From: a virus
Lineage: Duplodnaviria; Heunggongvirae; Uroviricota; Caudoviricetes
IMG/VR virus record: IMGVR_UViG_3300042398_001452
Strand: one strand, 5' to 3'
Length of the DNA: 64,000 bases
Part shown: positions 41,416 to 51,102 of the stretch, in pieces
How positions within the stretch are numbered: the stretch's first letter is position 1
How the letters are laid out: each line of letters starts with the position of its first letter
The notes under the pieces: model-generated
Seen by the model: the letters and a program-made list of their open reading frames with translations, nothing else
What the model was told of the DNA's origin: nothing
Database searches by the model: none
Position numbers and translations under genes: made by a program

Positions 41416-42279
41416 ATGAGGCAACTTAAAATTACAACATCGATTACAAATAGATCTGATAGATCCCTAGAGAAATATCTTCAAGATATTTCAAAGGAGG
41501 AAATGATTACCGCAGACGAAGAGACAAGATTGACTAGATTAATTAGAGAGGGTGATACACGGGCTCTAGATAAGATGGTTAAAGCAAATCTAAGATTCGT
41601 TGTTTCTGTAGCTAAACAATATCAACACCAAGGACTTACTCTTACAGATCTTATTAACGAGGGTAATCTTGGTCTGATAAAAGCTGCAAAGAAGTTCGAC
41701 GAAACAAGGGGGTTCAAATTTATATCATATGCTGTTTGGTGGATCAGACAAGCTATATTAGAAGCTCTTTCCGATAAAGCAAGAGTTATTCGTATACCAC
41801 TCAATCAAGTAGGTGTTCTTGGAAAAATAAACAAGGCTTATTCTAAATTAGAACAAGATCTTGGGAGAGCTCCTACAACAGAAGAGATATCAGAAGAAAT
41901 TGACATTGCAGATCATAAGATAAAAGAAACCTTAATGACCTCAAGAAATCATGTTTCTTATGATGCTCCTATGGGTGGTGACGATGAAAATTCATCGATG
42001 ATAGATCTATTGACCAATAAGGATTTCCCGTCAACAGATTCAGTTGTAATTGAAGAGTCACTAAGAATTGATATAGAAAGAACATTAGACACTTTAGATC
42101 CTAAATGCCGTGAGATTATAAAATTAAATTATGGTATAGGATATACACACCCAAGGTCTCTTGATGAAATAGGTGAAAAATATTCATTGACTAGAGAAAG
42201 GGTTAGACAAATAAAAGAAAAAGGATTAAAAAAATTAAGAGCACAAGCTCGTACTAAGATATTAAAACAATATCTATAG
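41416..42279 (+). CDS. sigma-70 family sigma factor (RpoD/RpoS-like, with regions 1.2, 2, 3 and 4), 287 aa
   Basis: YLQDISKEEMITADEE (region 1.2), LINEGNLGLIKAAKKFD..FISYAVWWIRQAI (region 2), EIGEKYSLTRERVRQIKEKGLKKLR (region 4.2). Confidence 0.85.
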   Translation: MRQLKITTSITNRSDRSLEKYLQDISKEEMITADEETRLTRLIREGDTRALDKMVKANLRFVVSVAKQYQHQGLTLTDLINEGNLGLIKAAKKFDETRGFKFISYAVWWIRQAILEALSDKARVIRIPLNQVGVLGKINKAYSKLEQDLGRAPTTEEISEEIDIADHKIKETLMTSRNHVSYDAPMGGDDENSSMIDLLTNKDFPSTDSVVIEESLRIDIERTLDTLDPKCREIIKLNYGIGYTHPRSLDEIGEKYSLTRERVRQIKEKGLKKLRAQARTKILKQYL

Positions 42280-42291
42280 GATAAATAATAT

Positions 42292-42492
42292 GTGAAAGAT
42301 TTTTTAAAATACCTTGTTGTTTGGATAAGTGAAAACTTATCCATTCCTTTTTGGATAGTTGGACATATACACCTTACTATGAATATCTACGAGGATCTCT
42401 ATGAGATCCTCGCTTCTTTTTCTATGAACATTATTGTATTTGTTGGTTTTTTTATTTCCTATAAGGAATGGAAAAAGAATAAGGATATATAA
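42292..42492 (+). CDS. small membrane protein (66 aa)
   Basis: Track ORF. Hydrophobic. Confidence 0.4.
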   Translation: MKDFLKYLVVWISENLSIPFWIVGHIHLTMNIYEDLYEILASFSMNIIVFVGFFISYKEWKKNKDI

Positions 42493-42507
42493 GAAGAACA
42501 ATAAAAT

Positions 42508-44184
42508 ATGAATATGAATTACGTTGACTCTTTTTATAACTTTACTCCTAATGACGGATCAATAAATTTTGAGGAGCTATTTACTTTTAACGAGAATAGA
42601 ACATCTGCTAAATATTCTAAAGATGAATTTAAGGATCTTTTTAGAGATTCTTTAATGGAATCTGATGGATATGCAGACGAGGAAATTCTAGAAAATGCAC
42701 ACGCTCATTATGAGCTTGGTATGTTATATGAAGCAAAATCACATTGGTTTGAATCTAACGTAAATTTTAAATATTTAGATTGTGAATCCCATATCATACT
42801 TATTAAAGAGGGTGAGGGCTATATAATAGATAAAAGCACATTTACGAGATCTAAATCTATTAATGAGGGAGAGGGATTTTGGAGTGACCCTATGGGTTCT
42901 ATATCTGCAGGATGGCAAAAAGTAAAAAGTGTTGCTAAGGCGGTGGTTAAAAAAACAGTAAGTACTGTTAAAGACGGATGGGATAAACTAAGTTACGGAG
43001 CTAAAAAAGCTTGGGAATTTGTTAAAACATGTGGTAAAGTAATTGTTGAATTTGTTAAAGGAATGACTATGATAGAATGGGCAGCTTTAACGATGAGTGT
43101 TTTATCAGCAATATTAGGTATATTAGGTGGAATTGCAGCAGGAAGCGTAGCTTTTTCTGTAGCAGCTCCTTTTCTTACTGGTGCTGCTGGAGTATTTCAG
43201 GGAGTTGGTGGAATCTTACATATATACGAGGGATTTATGAAATATAAGCACTCGGTAGAACTTATAAACAAAGCAAATGTAACATTAACACCAATGTCTA
43301 AAGTAGCTACTGTAGCTATTAAAGTCCTACCGGAATTTACTGTTGGAGGATGTATGCTTCTTCTTGGAATAAATGACATAGTTAAAGGTGCTACAACTAC
43401 GATAAATCCTGCGGGTGGAGCAGAGAGTGTTGCTACAAACACAGCAGCAAAATCCGGTGCAAAAAATGCAGTAAAAGAATTTAAACCTGGTGCTGCTATA
43501 GAGCATAAGATAGAAGAAGTTGGAGTGAAGGTTATAAAATCTATGGGAATAGATATAGCCAAAAAAGAGTCTAAAGAAGCTGTTGGTAAGGTTCTTACAA
43601 GTATAGTCACTACCGTATCTTCCGCAATTCTTTCAGGAGTACTTGGATGGGTATGGGAAGGGATTCTTAAAATAGGACAGGGAATAACTAAAGGTATTGA
43701 TTTTATGATAAATATACCTAAAAAAATATCCTCCATGATAGATTCATTTAATAAGAAAGCGGAGGGTACTTTTTTGAAAATGATAGCAAAGGGGTTAAAT
43801 ACATTGGTTAAACCAATGACTGATGCAGCTGCTAAAGTTATATCTAAATATATACAGCCTATTGTAGACTCTGTTAAGAGATTTTTTACAAGGGAGCTTG
43901 AATCTTATAAACAAGCAGATAAATTACTAGGAGCATTAAAAAAAGAATTACATGGACATGGATCTAAACATGCTCCGCCTAAACCGAGTGGAAAAACTGA
44001 AATGCCTAATGCACCTAAACATAAAATAGACCCGGATAAAGTAAAAAAGAGCGACGTAAAGGTTATTAAAAAAGCGGTTGCTAAATCTAAGGGTAAAGAG
44101 GTTGACAAAAAGAAAAAAGTTAAGGAATCTTTAGTATGGGAGAGAAAGCACGTTCAATCTTTTAACGATCTAAATTTTATTTAA
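42508..44184 (+). CDS. large hypothetical protein with Gly/Ala-rich hydrophobic segments and Lys-rich C-terminal tail (558 aa)
   Basis: Track ORF. Segments AAGSVAFSVAAPFLTGAAGVFQGVGGIL and a C-terminal KHAPPKPSGK...KKKKVKE tail. Function not recognisable from sequence. Confidence 0.65.
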   Translation: MNMNYVDSFYNFTPNDGSINFEELFTFNENRTSAKYSKDEFKDLFRDSLMESDGYADEEILENAHAHYELGMLYEAKSHWFESNVNFKYLDCESHIILIKEGEGYIIDKSTFTRSKSINEGEGFWSDPMGSISAGWQKVKSVAKAVVKKTVSTVKDGWDKLSYGAKKAWEFVKTCGKVIVEFVKGMTMIEWAALTMSVLSAILGILGGIAAGSVAFSVAAPFLTGAAGVFQGVGGILHIYEGFMKYKHSVELINKANVTLTPMSKVATVAIKVLPEFTVGGCMLLLGINDIVKGATTTINPAGGAESVATNTAAKSGAKNAVKEFKPGAAIEHKIEEVGVKVIKSMGIDIAKKESKEAVGKVLTSIVTTVSSAILSGVLGWVWEGILKIGQGITKGIDFMINIPKKISSMIDSFNKKAEGTFLKMIAKGLNTLVKPMTDAAAKVISKYIQPIVDSVKRFFTRELESYKQADKLLGALKKELHGHGSKHAPPKPSGKTEMPNAPKHKIDPDKVKKSDVKVIKKAVAKSKGKEVDKKKKVKESLVWERKHVQSFNDLNFI

Positions 44185-44267
44185 TCAAATCTATCTATTA
44201 ACCATATTCCAATCCACATTAGGATAGACAGGAATAATAAAATAGCTAAAGACTCCATATATTATAT

Positions 44268-44474
44268 ATGATATCGTATACAATTATTATTATCTTAACT
44301 ACTTTGATGTTTTCATCAGGTACTTTATTTTGGATAATATCTATGTTTACTGGTAAAATGGAAAGACCCATATTATCACTATTCGGATATTTATTTTGGC
44401 CTGTTAGTATTTTACTAATTATTTTTTATGTTTATTTATTAAATAGATATAATTCTAGAAAATCTATTTTTTAA
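44268..44474 (+). CDS. small membrane protein (68 aa)
   Basis: Track ORF with two hydrophobic helices. Confidence 0.4.
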   Translation: MISYTIIIILTTLMFSSGTLFWIISMFTGKMERPILSLFGYLFWPVSILLIIFYVYLLNRYNSRKSIF

Positions 44475-44516
44475 TTGAATAATATTTTCTACCTTTATAA
44501 AAGAATATATAATAGT

Positions 44517-45179
44517 ATGAGAGCTATTAAGACATTTGAGAATTTTTCTCCTGATAATTATTTATGGAACGATGCTTCTTTTTGGATAGAGGAACTATAT
44601 CCAGAGGAGATATGCTTCCTTTCGATCTATTCAAAATATATAGATGATTTAAAAACAAAAAAAAATAACGAGTCACCTTTATTTAAGGTAAAACTTGAAT
44701 CGCCTTCTGAGGTAGATTTAGAACTGAATCATGATGATGGAGACGAAGCTTCAACTGGTTTTGAAATGTTTTATAGTATTCCTGCTAAAAAAGGCGAGGC
44801 CACTCTATCATTTGAAGTGACAGCTTCTGGTCATTTTACTCCAGTAAGAAGTTATGGATATTATGATCCAGAGGAGGGTGGAGAACCTATATTAGATGAT
44901 ATAAATATAGAATCCATATATTATCTAGATTCGGAAGAGAATTTAGAGATTGATTTTTCTTATACTTATAATTTTAGCTCAGAATTTATAACAGAAAAGA
45001 TGCTAATGGATATCATGGTTTTTGTTGCAGAAGATCGAATGGTATACGAGGAATCAAGGGTACAAGCTGATCTCCCTTCAATTCCACAAGGTCTTTTAGA
45101 TAAATGCGAAAAAATTAGAAAAAAAAATCCTTCTATATCAAAGGGATATGATATAATTAATAGATTTAATCTTAAATAG
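44517..45179 (+). CDS. leader-family protein (MRAIKTFENF), C-terminus ..GYDIINRFNLK, about 220 aa
   Basis: Track ORF 44475..45179 trimmed to the ATG that begins the leader. Confidence 0.6.
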   Translation: MRAIKTFENFSPDNYLWNDASFWIEELYPEEICFLSIYSKYIDDLKTKKNNESPLFKVKLESPSEVDLELNHDDGDEASTGFEMFYSIPAKKGEATLSFEVTASGHFTPVRSYGYYDPEEGGEPILDDINIESIYYLDSEENLEIDFSYTYNFSSEFITEKMLMDIMVFVAEDRMVYEESRVQADLPSIPQGLLDKCEKIRKKNPSISKGYDIINRFNLK

Positions 45180-45225
45180 ATAAGGAACAAAATATATTTT
45201 TTAATCTATAAAAGTTAAAAAAAAT

Positions 45226-45471
45226 ATGAGAATTTTATTTGCTTTTTTTCTATCTTTTCAAATTAGTATAGGATATTCACAGATGGAAAAAGTTTCGGTA
45301 GTATCAACAAATAGAGATACTTTATGGTTAAGAAATAATGATATAGGACTATTAATAGCTAGATCTTGGGAGATGGGAAATTTACCACCGGAGGAAAAAG
45401 TACCAGTAATATTAATAGTAGATGCACTTCCGGATAATACTAGAAATGGAAAAAGAAAATCTGGAGAATAA
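45226..45471 (+). CDS. secreted small protein with signal peptide (81 aa)
   Basis: MRILFAFFLSFQISIGYSQ is signal-peptide-like. Confidence 0.5.
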   Translation: MRILFAFFLSFQISIGYSQMEKVSVVSTNRDTLWLRNNDIGLLIARSWEMGNLPPEEKVPVILIVDALPDNTRNGKRKSGE

Positions 45472-45615
45472 TAATTTTTGTCACTATTGTGGAGAATCCC
45501 ATTGCAGATCAGGATGTAAACCGGTAGGTAGACTATTAGAAACTATAATTTTTATTCTGTCATTGGCTTTATTTTTTTCCGTAGGATTTTTGATATATAT
45601 AGTAAATAGATAATA

Positions 45616-46017
45616 ATGATGAGATATATAAAACTTTTTGAATCGTTTGATCAAGTAAATGAAGCCGAAGGAATTTCGGAAGATTTAATATTCGATTGGC
45701 TACCTTTTGATGATCAGATAAATAATCCAGTAAATTCTAGAGTACCTATTGAAGTTAAATATTCTGAACTTGCTCAAGTTTGTAATGAGATGGGAAAAGA
45801 CTTTAATGGTGTTGGTCTTTATATAGCTCACCAGAAACTAAGTGATGGCGGATTTGTTAGATTCGTAGTAGGAAACCCTTCACCAGTACTTTTTGACGTA
45901 GCAGTATTTGACAGAGAATTTAAGAAGTCTTCAGAACAAAAAGGCATATCAGCTGATAAATTTAATTTCAAATCATATTTAAGAGGAACAGAAATTCTTA
46001 ATAGATTCAAATTTTAA
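45616..46017 (+). CDS. leader-family protein (MMRYIKLFESF), C-terminus ..GTEILNRFKF, 133 aa
   Basis: Leader and an ..NRF tail. Terminator at 46039. Confidence 0.65.
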   Translation: MMRYIKLFESFDQVNEAEGISEDLIFDWLPFDDQINNPVNSRVPIEVKYSELAQVCNEMGKDFNGVGLYIAHQKLSDGGFVRFVVGNPSPVLFDVAVFDREFKKSSEQKGISADKFNFKSYLRGTEILNRFKF

Positions 46018-46038
46018 TAAAACCCGCATTTTTAAAAA

Positions 46039-46070
46039 GTCCGAAAAATATTTCGGACTTTTTTTTTGAT
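46039..46070 (+). terminator. rho-independent terminator
   Basis: AGTCCGAAA-AATA-TTTCGGACT plus T9. Confidence 0.75.
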
Positions 46071-46152
46071 TTTTTTTCCAAAATCGTAAACTTTTTTAAA
46101 ACCCTCGCATATAAACTATGTATAATATAAAAAACAATTAAATTTAAAAATT

Positions 46153-46644
46153 ATGGAAAAACAAGAAACAATGGAGAGAAGAGAAGCTACTATCGAGGCA
46201 GTTTTAGCTTTAAAAAACGACAAATCAGTAAAAGCTTGGATTGGACCAAATCACTTATTATTTGGTAAAAGCTTAGAGAACAGGGATATGTTTTTGACAA
46301 CATATCGTATAAGAAATTCATACGAGGAGCTGTTATTAAAACTTGATGTTAACGAGGAGGTTACTGATGAGAGAGATCTTATTCTAATTAAAAGATTTTT
46401 TGATATGATGTTTTATCCCCCAAGAAAAATGAGTATTAGCGATTGGAAAAATCAGAGAGACCCTATTGTGAAAATAGTTAAAGCTTATAAGGATGTAAGA
46501 TGGAAAGGTAACAGAAGAAGAAAGCACGAAATAACTTTATTGTTAGATGACGGGAAAAAGATCCAGATTAATCCTGGAGATGTATTAAACCGATTTTTTC
46601 ATATATGGGGTAATTTTGATTCCCTTATAAATTCCAAGTTATAA
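46153..46644 (+). CDS. hypothetical protein (163 aa)
   Basis: Track ORF with terminator at 46669. Confidence 0.6.
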   Translation: MEKQETMERREATIEAVLALKNDKSVKAWIGPNHLLFGKSLENRDMFLTTYRIRNSYEELLLKLDVNEEVTDERDLILIKRFFDMMFYPPRKMSISDWKNQRDPIVKIVKAYKDVRWKGNRRRKHEITLLLDDGKKIQINPGDVLNRFFHIWGNFDSLINSKL

Positions 46645-46668
46645 GGCTCCCTTTGTTAATAAATTATT

Positions 46669-46697
46669 AGCCGGCTTTTCCCAAAGCCGGCTTTTTT
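46669..46697 (+). terminator. rho-independent terminator
   Basis: AGCCGGCTTT-TCCC-AAAGCCGGCT plus T6. Confidence 0.75.
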
Positions 46698-46754
46698 GTG
46701 GTTTTTTTTAAGGGAAGGGGGATATATAATCCATAAATAAATAATTAGAAAGAA

Positions 46755-47126
46755 ATGGAAGAATTCGGCCCTCACATCACAATAGATCTAAAAGGATGCC
46801 CTAAAGAAACACTATCGAATTACGATTTACATTTTAATTACTTAAAGTCTCTTCCTGAACTAATTAATATGACCCCGATAACACAACCCTATGTTTTTCC
46901 TTATTCTGGATTAGTACCAGAGGATAAAGGAATAACAGGAATAGTTATAATAGCAGAAAGTCATATATCAATACATTCTTTTGAAGAAAAGGGATATTCT
47001 TTTATTGATATATTTTCTTGTAAGGATATGGACGTTGAAAGAGCTATACAGATAACTCTAGATATGTTTAAGCCTGCTGACTACGAAATAAATATAGTTA
47101 AAAGAGGTAAAGATTTTCCTAGATAA
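46755..47126 (+). CDS. speH: S-adenosylmethionine decarboxylase proenzyme, small class-1 (SpeH-like, pyruvoyl-dependent), 123 aa
   Basis: Full-length resemblance to Bacillus-type SpeH, including HITIDLKGC near the N-terminus and the self-processing site ESHISIHSF followed by GYSFIDIFSC. Confidence 0.75.
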   Translation: MEEFGPHITIDLKGCPKETLSNYDLHFNYLKSLPELINMTPITQPYVFPYSGLVPEDKGITGIVIIAESHISIHSFEEKGYSFIDIFSCKDMDVERAIQITLDMFKPADYEINIVKRGKDFPR

Positions 47127-47600
47127 TTAGTGTTTTATCTTCTTCTTTAAGTTATCTATTTCGTTTATAATATTACCCATATCATTTTTAACTATAATAG
47201 TTGATTGAGTCGGAGGTTCTGGTGAATATAATAAAGAATCACTAACTGATATTACTGGGAAAAATTCCATATTTGTTTGACTTATTATCTTATTGTTATC
47301 TTTTTTAGCTTTATTCTGCAAATAATCTAGCATTGCTACAAACTCTTTTTCCCTTTCTAATATTTGATTTGTACAGCTTTTTTGCTCCGATCTTATCTTA
47401 GTATCTTTTTCGTTTAATTCGCTCTCTAAAGCCTTTATTTTAATAGTTTTAGCATCTATTTCTTCCTTTAATTCGTCGTTGCTTTCTATCATAGAAGGAC
47501 CTATAGTTATTATCACTATGGACAATAAAATTAAAGAAAGAGCTATTACTTTCTGTGGTGTAGAAAATTGTGCTATGATTTCTGAAATATATCTAAACAT
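47127..47600 (-). CDS. membrane-anchored coiled-coil protein (157 aa)
   Basis: Track ORF on the minus strand. N-terminal TM (IALSLILLSIVIITIG), then Glu/Lys-rich helical region. Confidence 0.55.
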   Translation of the reverse strand: MFRYISEIIAQFSTPQKVIALSLILLSIVIITIGPSMIESNDELKEEIDAKTIKIKALESELNEKDTKIRSEQKSCTNQILEREKEFVAMLDYLQNKAKKDNNKIISQTNMEFFPVISVSDSLLYSPEPPTQSTIIVKNDMGNIINEIDNLKKKIKH

Positions 47601-47621
47601 ATTTTATACCTTATTTGGACT

Positions 47622-47948
47622 TTGTTAATATATACTCATATGATCAATATAATCAAAGGAAATTTAGAAATAATGTCCCAGGATTTACCAGGAAAAATGA
47701 CTTGGACTTCTGTTCCTTCGCAGATAGAATCATTTGGTGGATTCGGATGGAGATTACCTTATGAATCCGAATTTCTTACTATTTATGAGCTTTATAATTT
47801 GGGGATAGGGGGATTTAAGCCATCAAGATATTGGTCTTATTCATCCTATATTAATAAAGCTTGGTACTACGATCTTAGTGTTGGGTATTCACCACACATA
47901 GCAGATCAATCTAATCTTTACTATGTCAGACTTGTTAGAAATATCTAA
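47622..47948 (+). CDS. hypothetical protein (108 aa), paralog of 21490..21864 (DUF1566-like WRLPY core; tail YYVRLVRNI)
   Basis: See the paralog alignment described for 21490..21864. Confidence 0.5.
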   Translation: MLIYTHMINIIKGNLEIMSQDLPGKMTWTSVPSQIESFGGFGWRLPYESEFLTIYELYNLGIGGFKPSRYWSYSSYINKAWYYDLSVGYSPHIADQSNLYYVRLVRNI

Positions 47949-48144
47949 TTATCCAGATAAGGATGAGGAGAAAGCAGATATAATTTTTTGTGATCTTGTT
48001 AAAATAAAGAGAGCATTAGATTATTCGATCGAAAGAGAAATGGAACATGAATTTATTTATAGCATGATAAAATTTGCTAGAAATAATCCAGATTCTAAGG
48101 TAGAAGAAATTATAGACCTTGCTTTATCTGATTGGAAATATTAA
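47923..48144 (+). CDS. hypothetical protein (73 aa)
   Basis: Track ORF. Confidence 0.45.
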   Translation: MSDLLEISNYPDKDEEKADIIFCDLVKIKRALDYSIEREMEHEFIYSMIKFARNNPDSKVEEIIDLALSDWKY

Positions 48145-48147
48145 ATT

Positions 48148-49410
48148 CTATTTCTTTTTAAAAAAATCCTTCCAATCAACTTCCACTGGGGAATATCCAG
48201 AAGCTACTAATTTTCTAACTTCCTGTAGAGCTTTATCTGTAGAGCTTCCTTTTTTGTAAAGTCTATCCCAAGATCCGTCTTTTTTCCTACTCTGATTGTT
48301 CATTAGATCTATAGCAGTTACAGCTCCCTGTGCATTTGGATTTTTACCAACTAATTTTTTAATAGATTCCTTTTGCTTCCATAATGTTTCCTGTATAATA
48401 ACCGTCCACTTATTAGCAACAATAGTTTCTGCATTTTTTATAACATATTTAGGATCTTTATATTCTTCAGGTACTGCTATATCAAGTCTGTCGCCTATGT
48501 TCATTATTTTTACTCCGGTTTTTCTTTCTTCGTATCTTCCAGAATAATATGACTTTATTTTTTTAAATCCTAATGTTGGTAATACTCCAGTAATAGCACG
48601 CATATCGAAAAGGGTAGATCTAACCGTATGTTGTGTACAGTTAGAAAAAAGAAGATTGTAACTTTTATTGCTAGCTCCTATTACTGCAGTTGGTACATCC
48701 TTAACCTTTTTTTTCGCCCAATCACCAACTATTTTTTTAAAGTTGTCGTATTCTTTTTTGTTCATTTTTATTACGACTGATTGTTTTTTGAGATGATTTA
48801 ATTCGGAGCATACTTGATTATACATTGTTTGAGAATACTCTGGGTATATCTTTTCCCCTGTTTTAGTATCACCAACACCACCTAAAAGAACTTTATCTAT
48901 ATCAGCTTTCTCGGGCATTGCATTTATTTGATATTTAGGCTCTTTTAAAGACCAAGCTTGTAGGTGACCGAATCCTCCTCCTGCATCTTTTTGGCCCATC
49001 TCGAAGTAATCAACTACTACCGGATACTGGAACTCTTTTTTAGCATACGCCTTAATTTCTTGTTCCATTGGCATATCAGTTTCTGTGTTGTACCAATTAC
49101 CTCCCCAAACAAAATAATTACATCCTTGTTTTTTAGCTGCTAAGAAAGCTTCCTTTCTAGTTTTTTTGGATGACATATTACAAGATTTCCCTTGCTTTAT
49201 TGAATTGTAATAGAAATCTTTTAATATTCCTTTTCCCCAATTAAAAGAATCGTCGCCTTTCTTTTTTAAATTGGAGACGGTTTTTTTCCCTGTATCCAAA
49301 AGCTTATTTGCAAAATCTTTATAATCATCAAAATTCCAATATTCATTTATATCTTCACTAGATGATTCACTGATATTATTCCAATCTTTAAAAGATTTAA
49401 GATGCTTCAT
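48148..49410 (-). CDS. leader-family protein (MKHLKSFKDW), 420 aa
   Basis: Track ORF on the minus strand with leader at N-terminus. Confidence 0.7.
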   Translation of the reverse strand: MKHLKSFKDWNNISESSSEDINEYWNFDDYKDFANKLLDTGKKTVSNLKKKGDDSFNWGKGILKDFYYNSIKQGKSCNMSSKKTRKEAFLAAKKQGCNYFVWGGNWYNTETDMPMEQEIKAYAKKEFQYPVVVDYFEMGQKDAGGGFGHLQAWSLKEPKYQINAMPEKADIDKVLLGGVGDTKTGEKIYPEYSQTMYNQVCSELNHLKKQSVVIKMNKKEYDNFKKIVGDWAKKKVKDVPTAVIGASNKSYNLLFSNCTQHTVRSTLFDMRAITGVLPTLGFKKIKSYYSGRYEERKTGVKIMNIGDRLDIAVPEEYKDPKYVIKNAETIVANKWTVIIQETLWKQKESIKKLVGKNPNAQGAVTAIDLMNNQSRKKDGSWDRLYKKGSSTDKALQEVRKLVASGYSPVEVDWKDFFKKK

Positions 49411-49415
49411 TTATT

Positions 49416-49631
49416 TTAATCATTTCTTCTCATTTTAGCTAGGTTTTTTCTAACAGAAGAATCTAGATCGTCGAATGTTCTTTTTAGGCCCTTATCATAA
49501 ATATTAGATAATGATCTAGCAACACTGTTTTGCTCCAGTATTATTTCCCATTTAGGATCTTTCTCTTTGTTAATAATCTCCTCTGCTATCTCTCTCCCCA
49601 TTTCCTCAATTTTCTTTTCGTATGTTTTCAT
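49416..49631 (-). CDS. hypothetical protein (71 aa)
   Basis: Track ORF. Confidence 0.5.
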   Translation of the reverse strand: MKTYEKKIEEMGREIAEEIINKEKDPKWEIILEQNSVARSLSNIYDKGLKRTFDDLDSSVRKNLAKMRRND

Positions 49632-49656
49632 AATATTTCTATCAATAAAATGCTTT

Positions 49657-49971
49657 TTATTTCATTTGATTATATATTTTTTCCAGTTCATCAAATATTA
49701 ATTCCTCTGGATATCCATCATCTATTGATGTTTCTATAGCATCACTTATAAGGGATATGTATTTATATTCATCGCTTTGTCTATGAAATTTAGATTGATC
49801 AGCCCATCCTTTGTAGTGATTTAATATTTCTTTTATCATATTTTTTATAGCATATGGATCTGCTCCCATAGCTAAAGCATTGTTTATCTTATTAGAAATA
49901 GTAGTATAAGGGTCTTCTGATCCTGGATGAAATTCGTATAATCTCAAGAAATCTGTATATTTTTTTATCAC
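49657..49971 (-). CDS. hypothetical protein (104 aa)
   Basis: Track ORF. Confidence 0.55.
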   Translation of the reverse strand: MIKKYTDFLRLYEFHPGSEDPYTTISNKINNALAMGADPYAIKNMIKEILNHYKGWADQSKFHRQSDEYKYISLISDAIETSIDDGYPEELIFDELEKIYNQMK

Positions 49972-50026
49972 TTCTTATATATCTGGAAATAAATACTGTT
50001 TTATTACTATAATTAATAAAAATAAA

Positions 50027-51007
50027 ATGGTAAAGAAAAAAGGACCCATATGTATGTTTATAGAGAGAAACTATAAACACTTTAATGCAGCTGCCTTAAA
50101 AGATGCAGCTATAGGATACGAAAAACATATAGATAGCGGAGGAAAGATGCTCGTGTCTCTAGCAGGTGCAATGAGTACAGCAGAGCTTGGTATTTCACTT
50201 GCTGAAATGATAAGAGAAGGAAAAATTGATATAATATCTTGTACAGGAGCAAACTTAGAGGAGGATTTAATGAACCTAGTAGCTCACTCTCACTACAAGA
50301 GAATACCTAACTACCGCGATTTAACTCCTCAGCAAGAAAGGGATCTTTTAGATAAGGGACTGAATAGAGTTACAGATACATGTATACCCGAGGAAGAAGC
50401 TTTTAGAAGACTACAGACCCACATATATGATATTTGGAAAGAAGCTGAAGATAAAGGAGAAAGATATTTTCCGCATGAATACATGTACAAATTAATCAAT
50501 AGTGGAATACTAGCTCAATATTATGAGATAGATCCTAAGGATTCTTGGATGATTGAAGCAGCTAAAAGAAATCTACCGATGGTTGTTCCTGGATGGGAGG
50601 ATTCAACAATGGGAAATATATTTGCTTCTTATGTTATTAAAGGTGAACTAAAAGCTGAAACAGTTAAAAGTGGTATAGAGTATATGGTAGATCTTAGCCA
50701 TTGGTACAGAAATAATTGTTCACCGATGGGTGTCGGTTTCTTTCAAATAGGAGGGGGAATTGCTGGGGATTTTCCTATATGTGTTGTTCCTATGATGTAT
50801 CAGGATCTTGAATGGGAGGATGTTCCTTTCTGGTCTTATTTCTGTCAGATCTCTGATTCGACTACATCATACGGTTCTTATTCAGGAGCAGTACCAAACG
50901 AGAAGATTACATGGGGAAAATTGGATGCAGATACACCAAAATTTGTTATTGAGTCCGATGCAACAATAGTTGCTCCTCTAATGTTCGCTTGGATATTAAA
51001 TAAGTGA
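50027..51007 (+). CDS. deoxyhypusine synthase-like / homospermidine synthase-like NAD-dependent aminobutyl transferase, 326 aa
   Basis: KIDIISCTGANLEEDL (cf. DHS V-D-V-L-V-T-T-A-G-G-V-E-E-D-L), FFQIGGGIAGD, and C-terminal GAVPNEKITWGKLDADTPKFVIESDATIVAPLMFAWIL (cf. DHS [35 protein letters not shown]). Confidence 0.75.
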   Translation: MVKKKGPICMFIERNYKHFNAAALKDAAIGYEKHIDSGGKMLVSLAGAMSTAELGISLAEMIREGKIDIISCTGANLEEDLMNLVAHSHYKRIPNYRDLTPQQERDLLDKGLNRVTDTCIPEEEAFRRLQTHIYDIWKEAEDKGERYFPHEYMYKLINSGILAQYYEIDPKDSWMIEAAKRNLPMVVPGWEDSTMGNIFASYVIKGELKAETVKSGIEYMVDLSHWYRNNCSPMGVGFFQIGGGIAGDFPICVVPMMYQDLEWEDVPFWSYFCQISDSTTSYGSYSGAVPNEKITWGKLDADTPKFVIESDATIVAPLMFAWILNK

Positions 51008-51102
51008 TTTAGGATATATAAACAGTGAAATGTATCTTAGTATTATGTGTTGTAACCATATTAACAATACCTATGGGATACATACATCTAAATAAACAAA
51101 AA

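Noticed and set aside
42508-44184. 558-aa Gly/Ala-rich protein as tape-measure or major structural protein
   Set aside because: No coiled-coil periodicity, Trp/Phe periodic repeats, or neighbouring tail, portal or terminase genes. Composition alone is insufficient.
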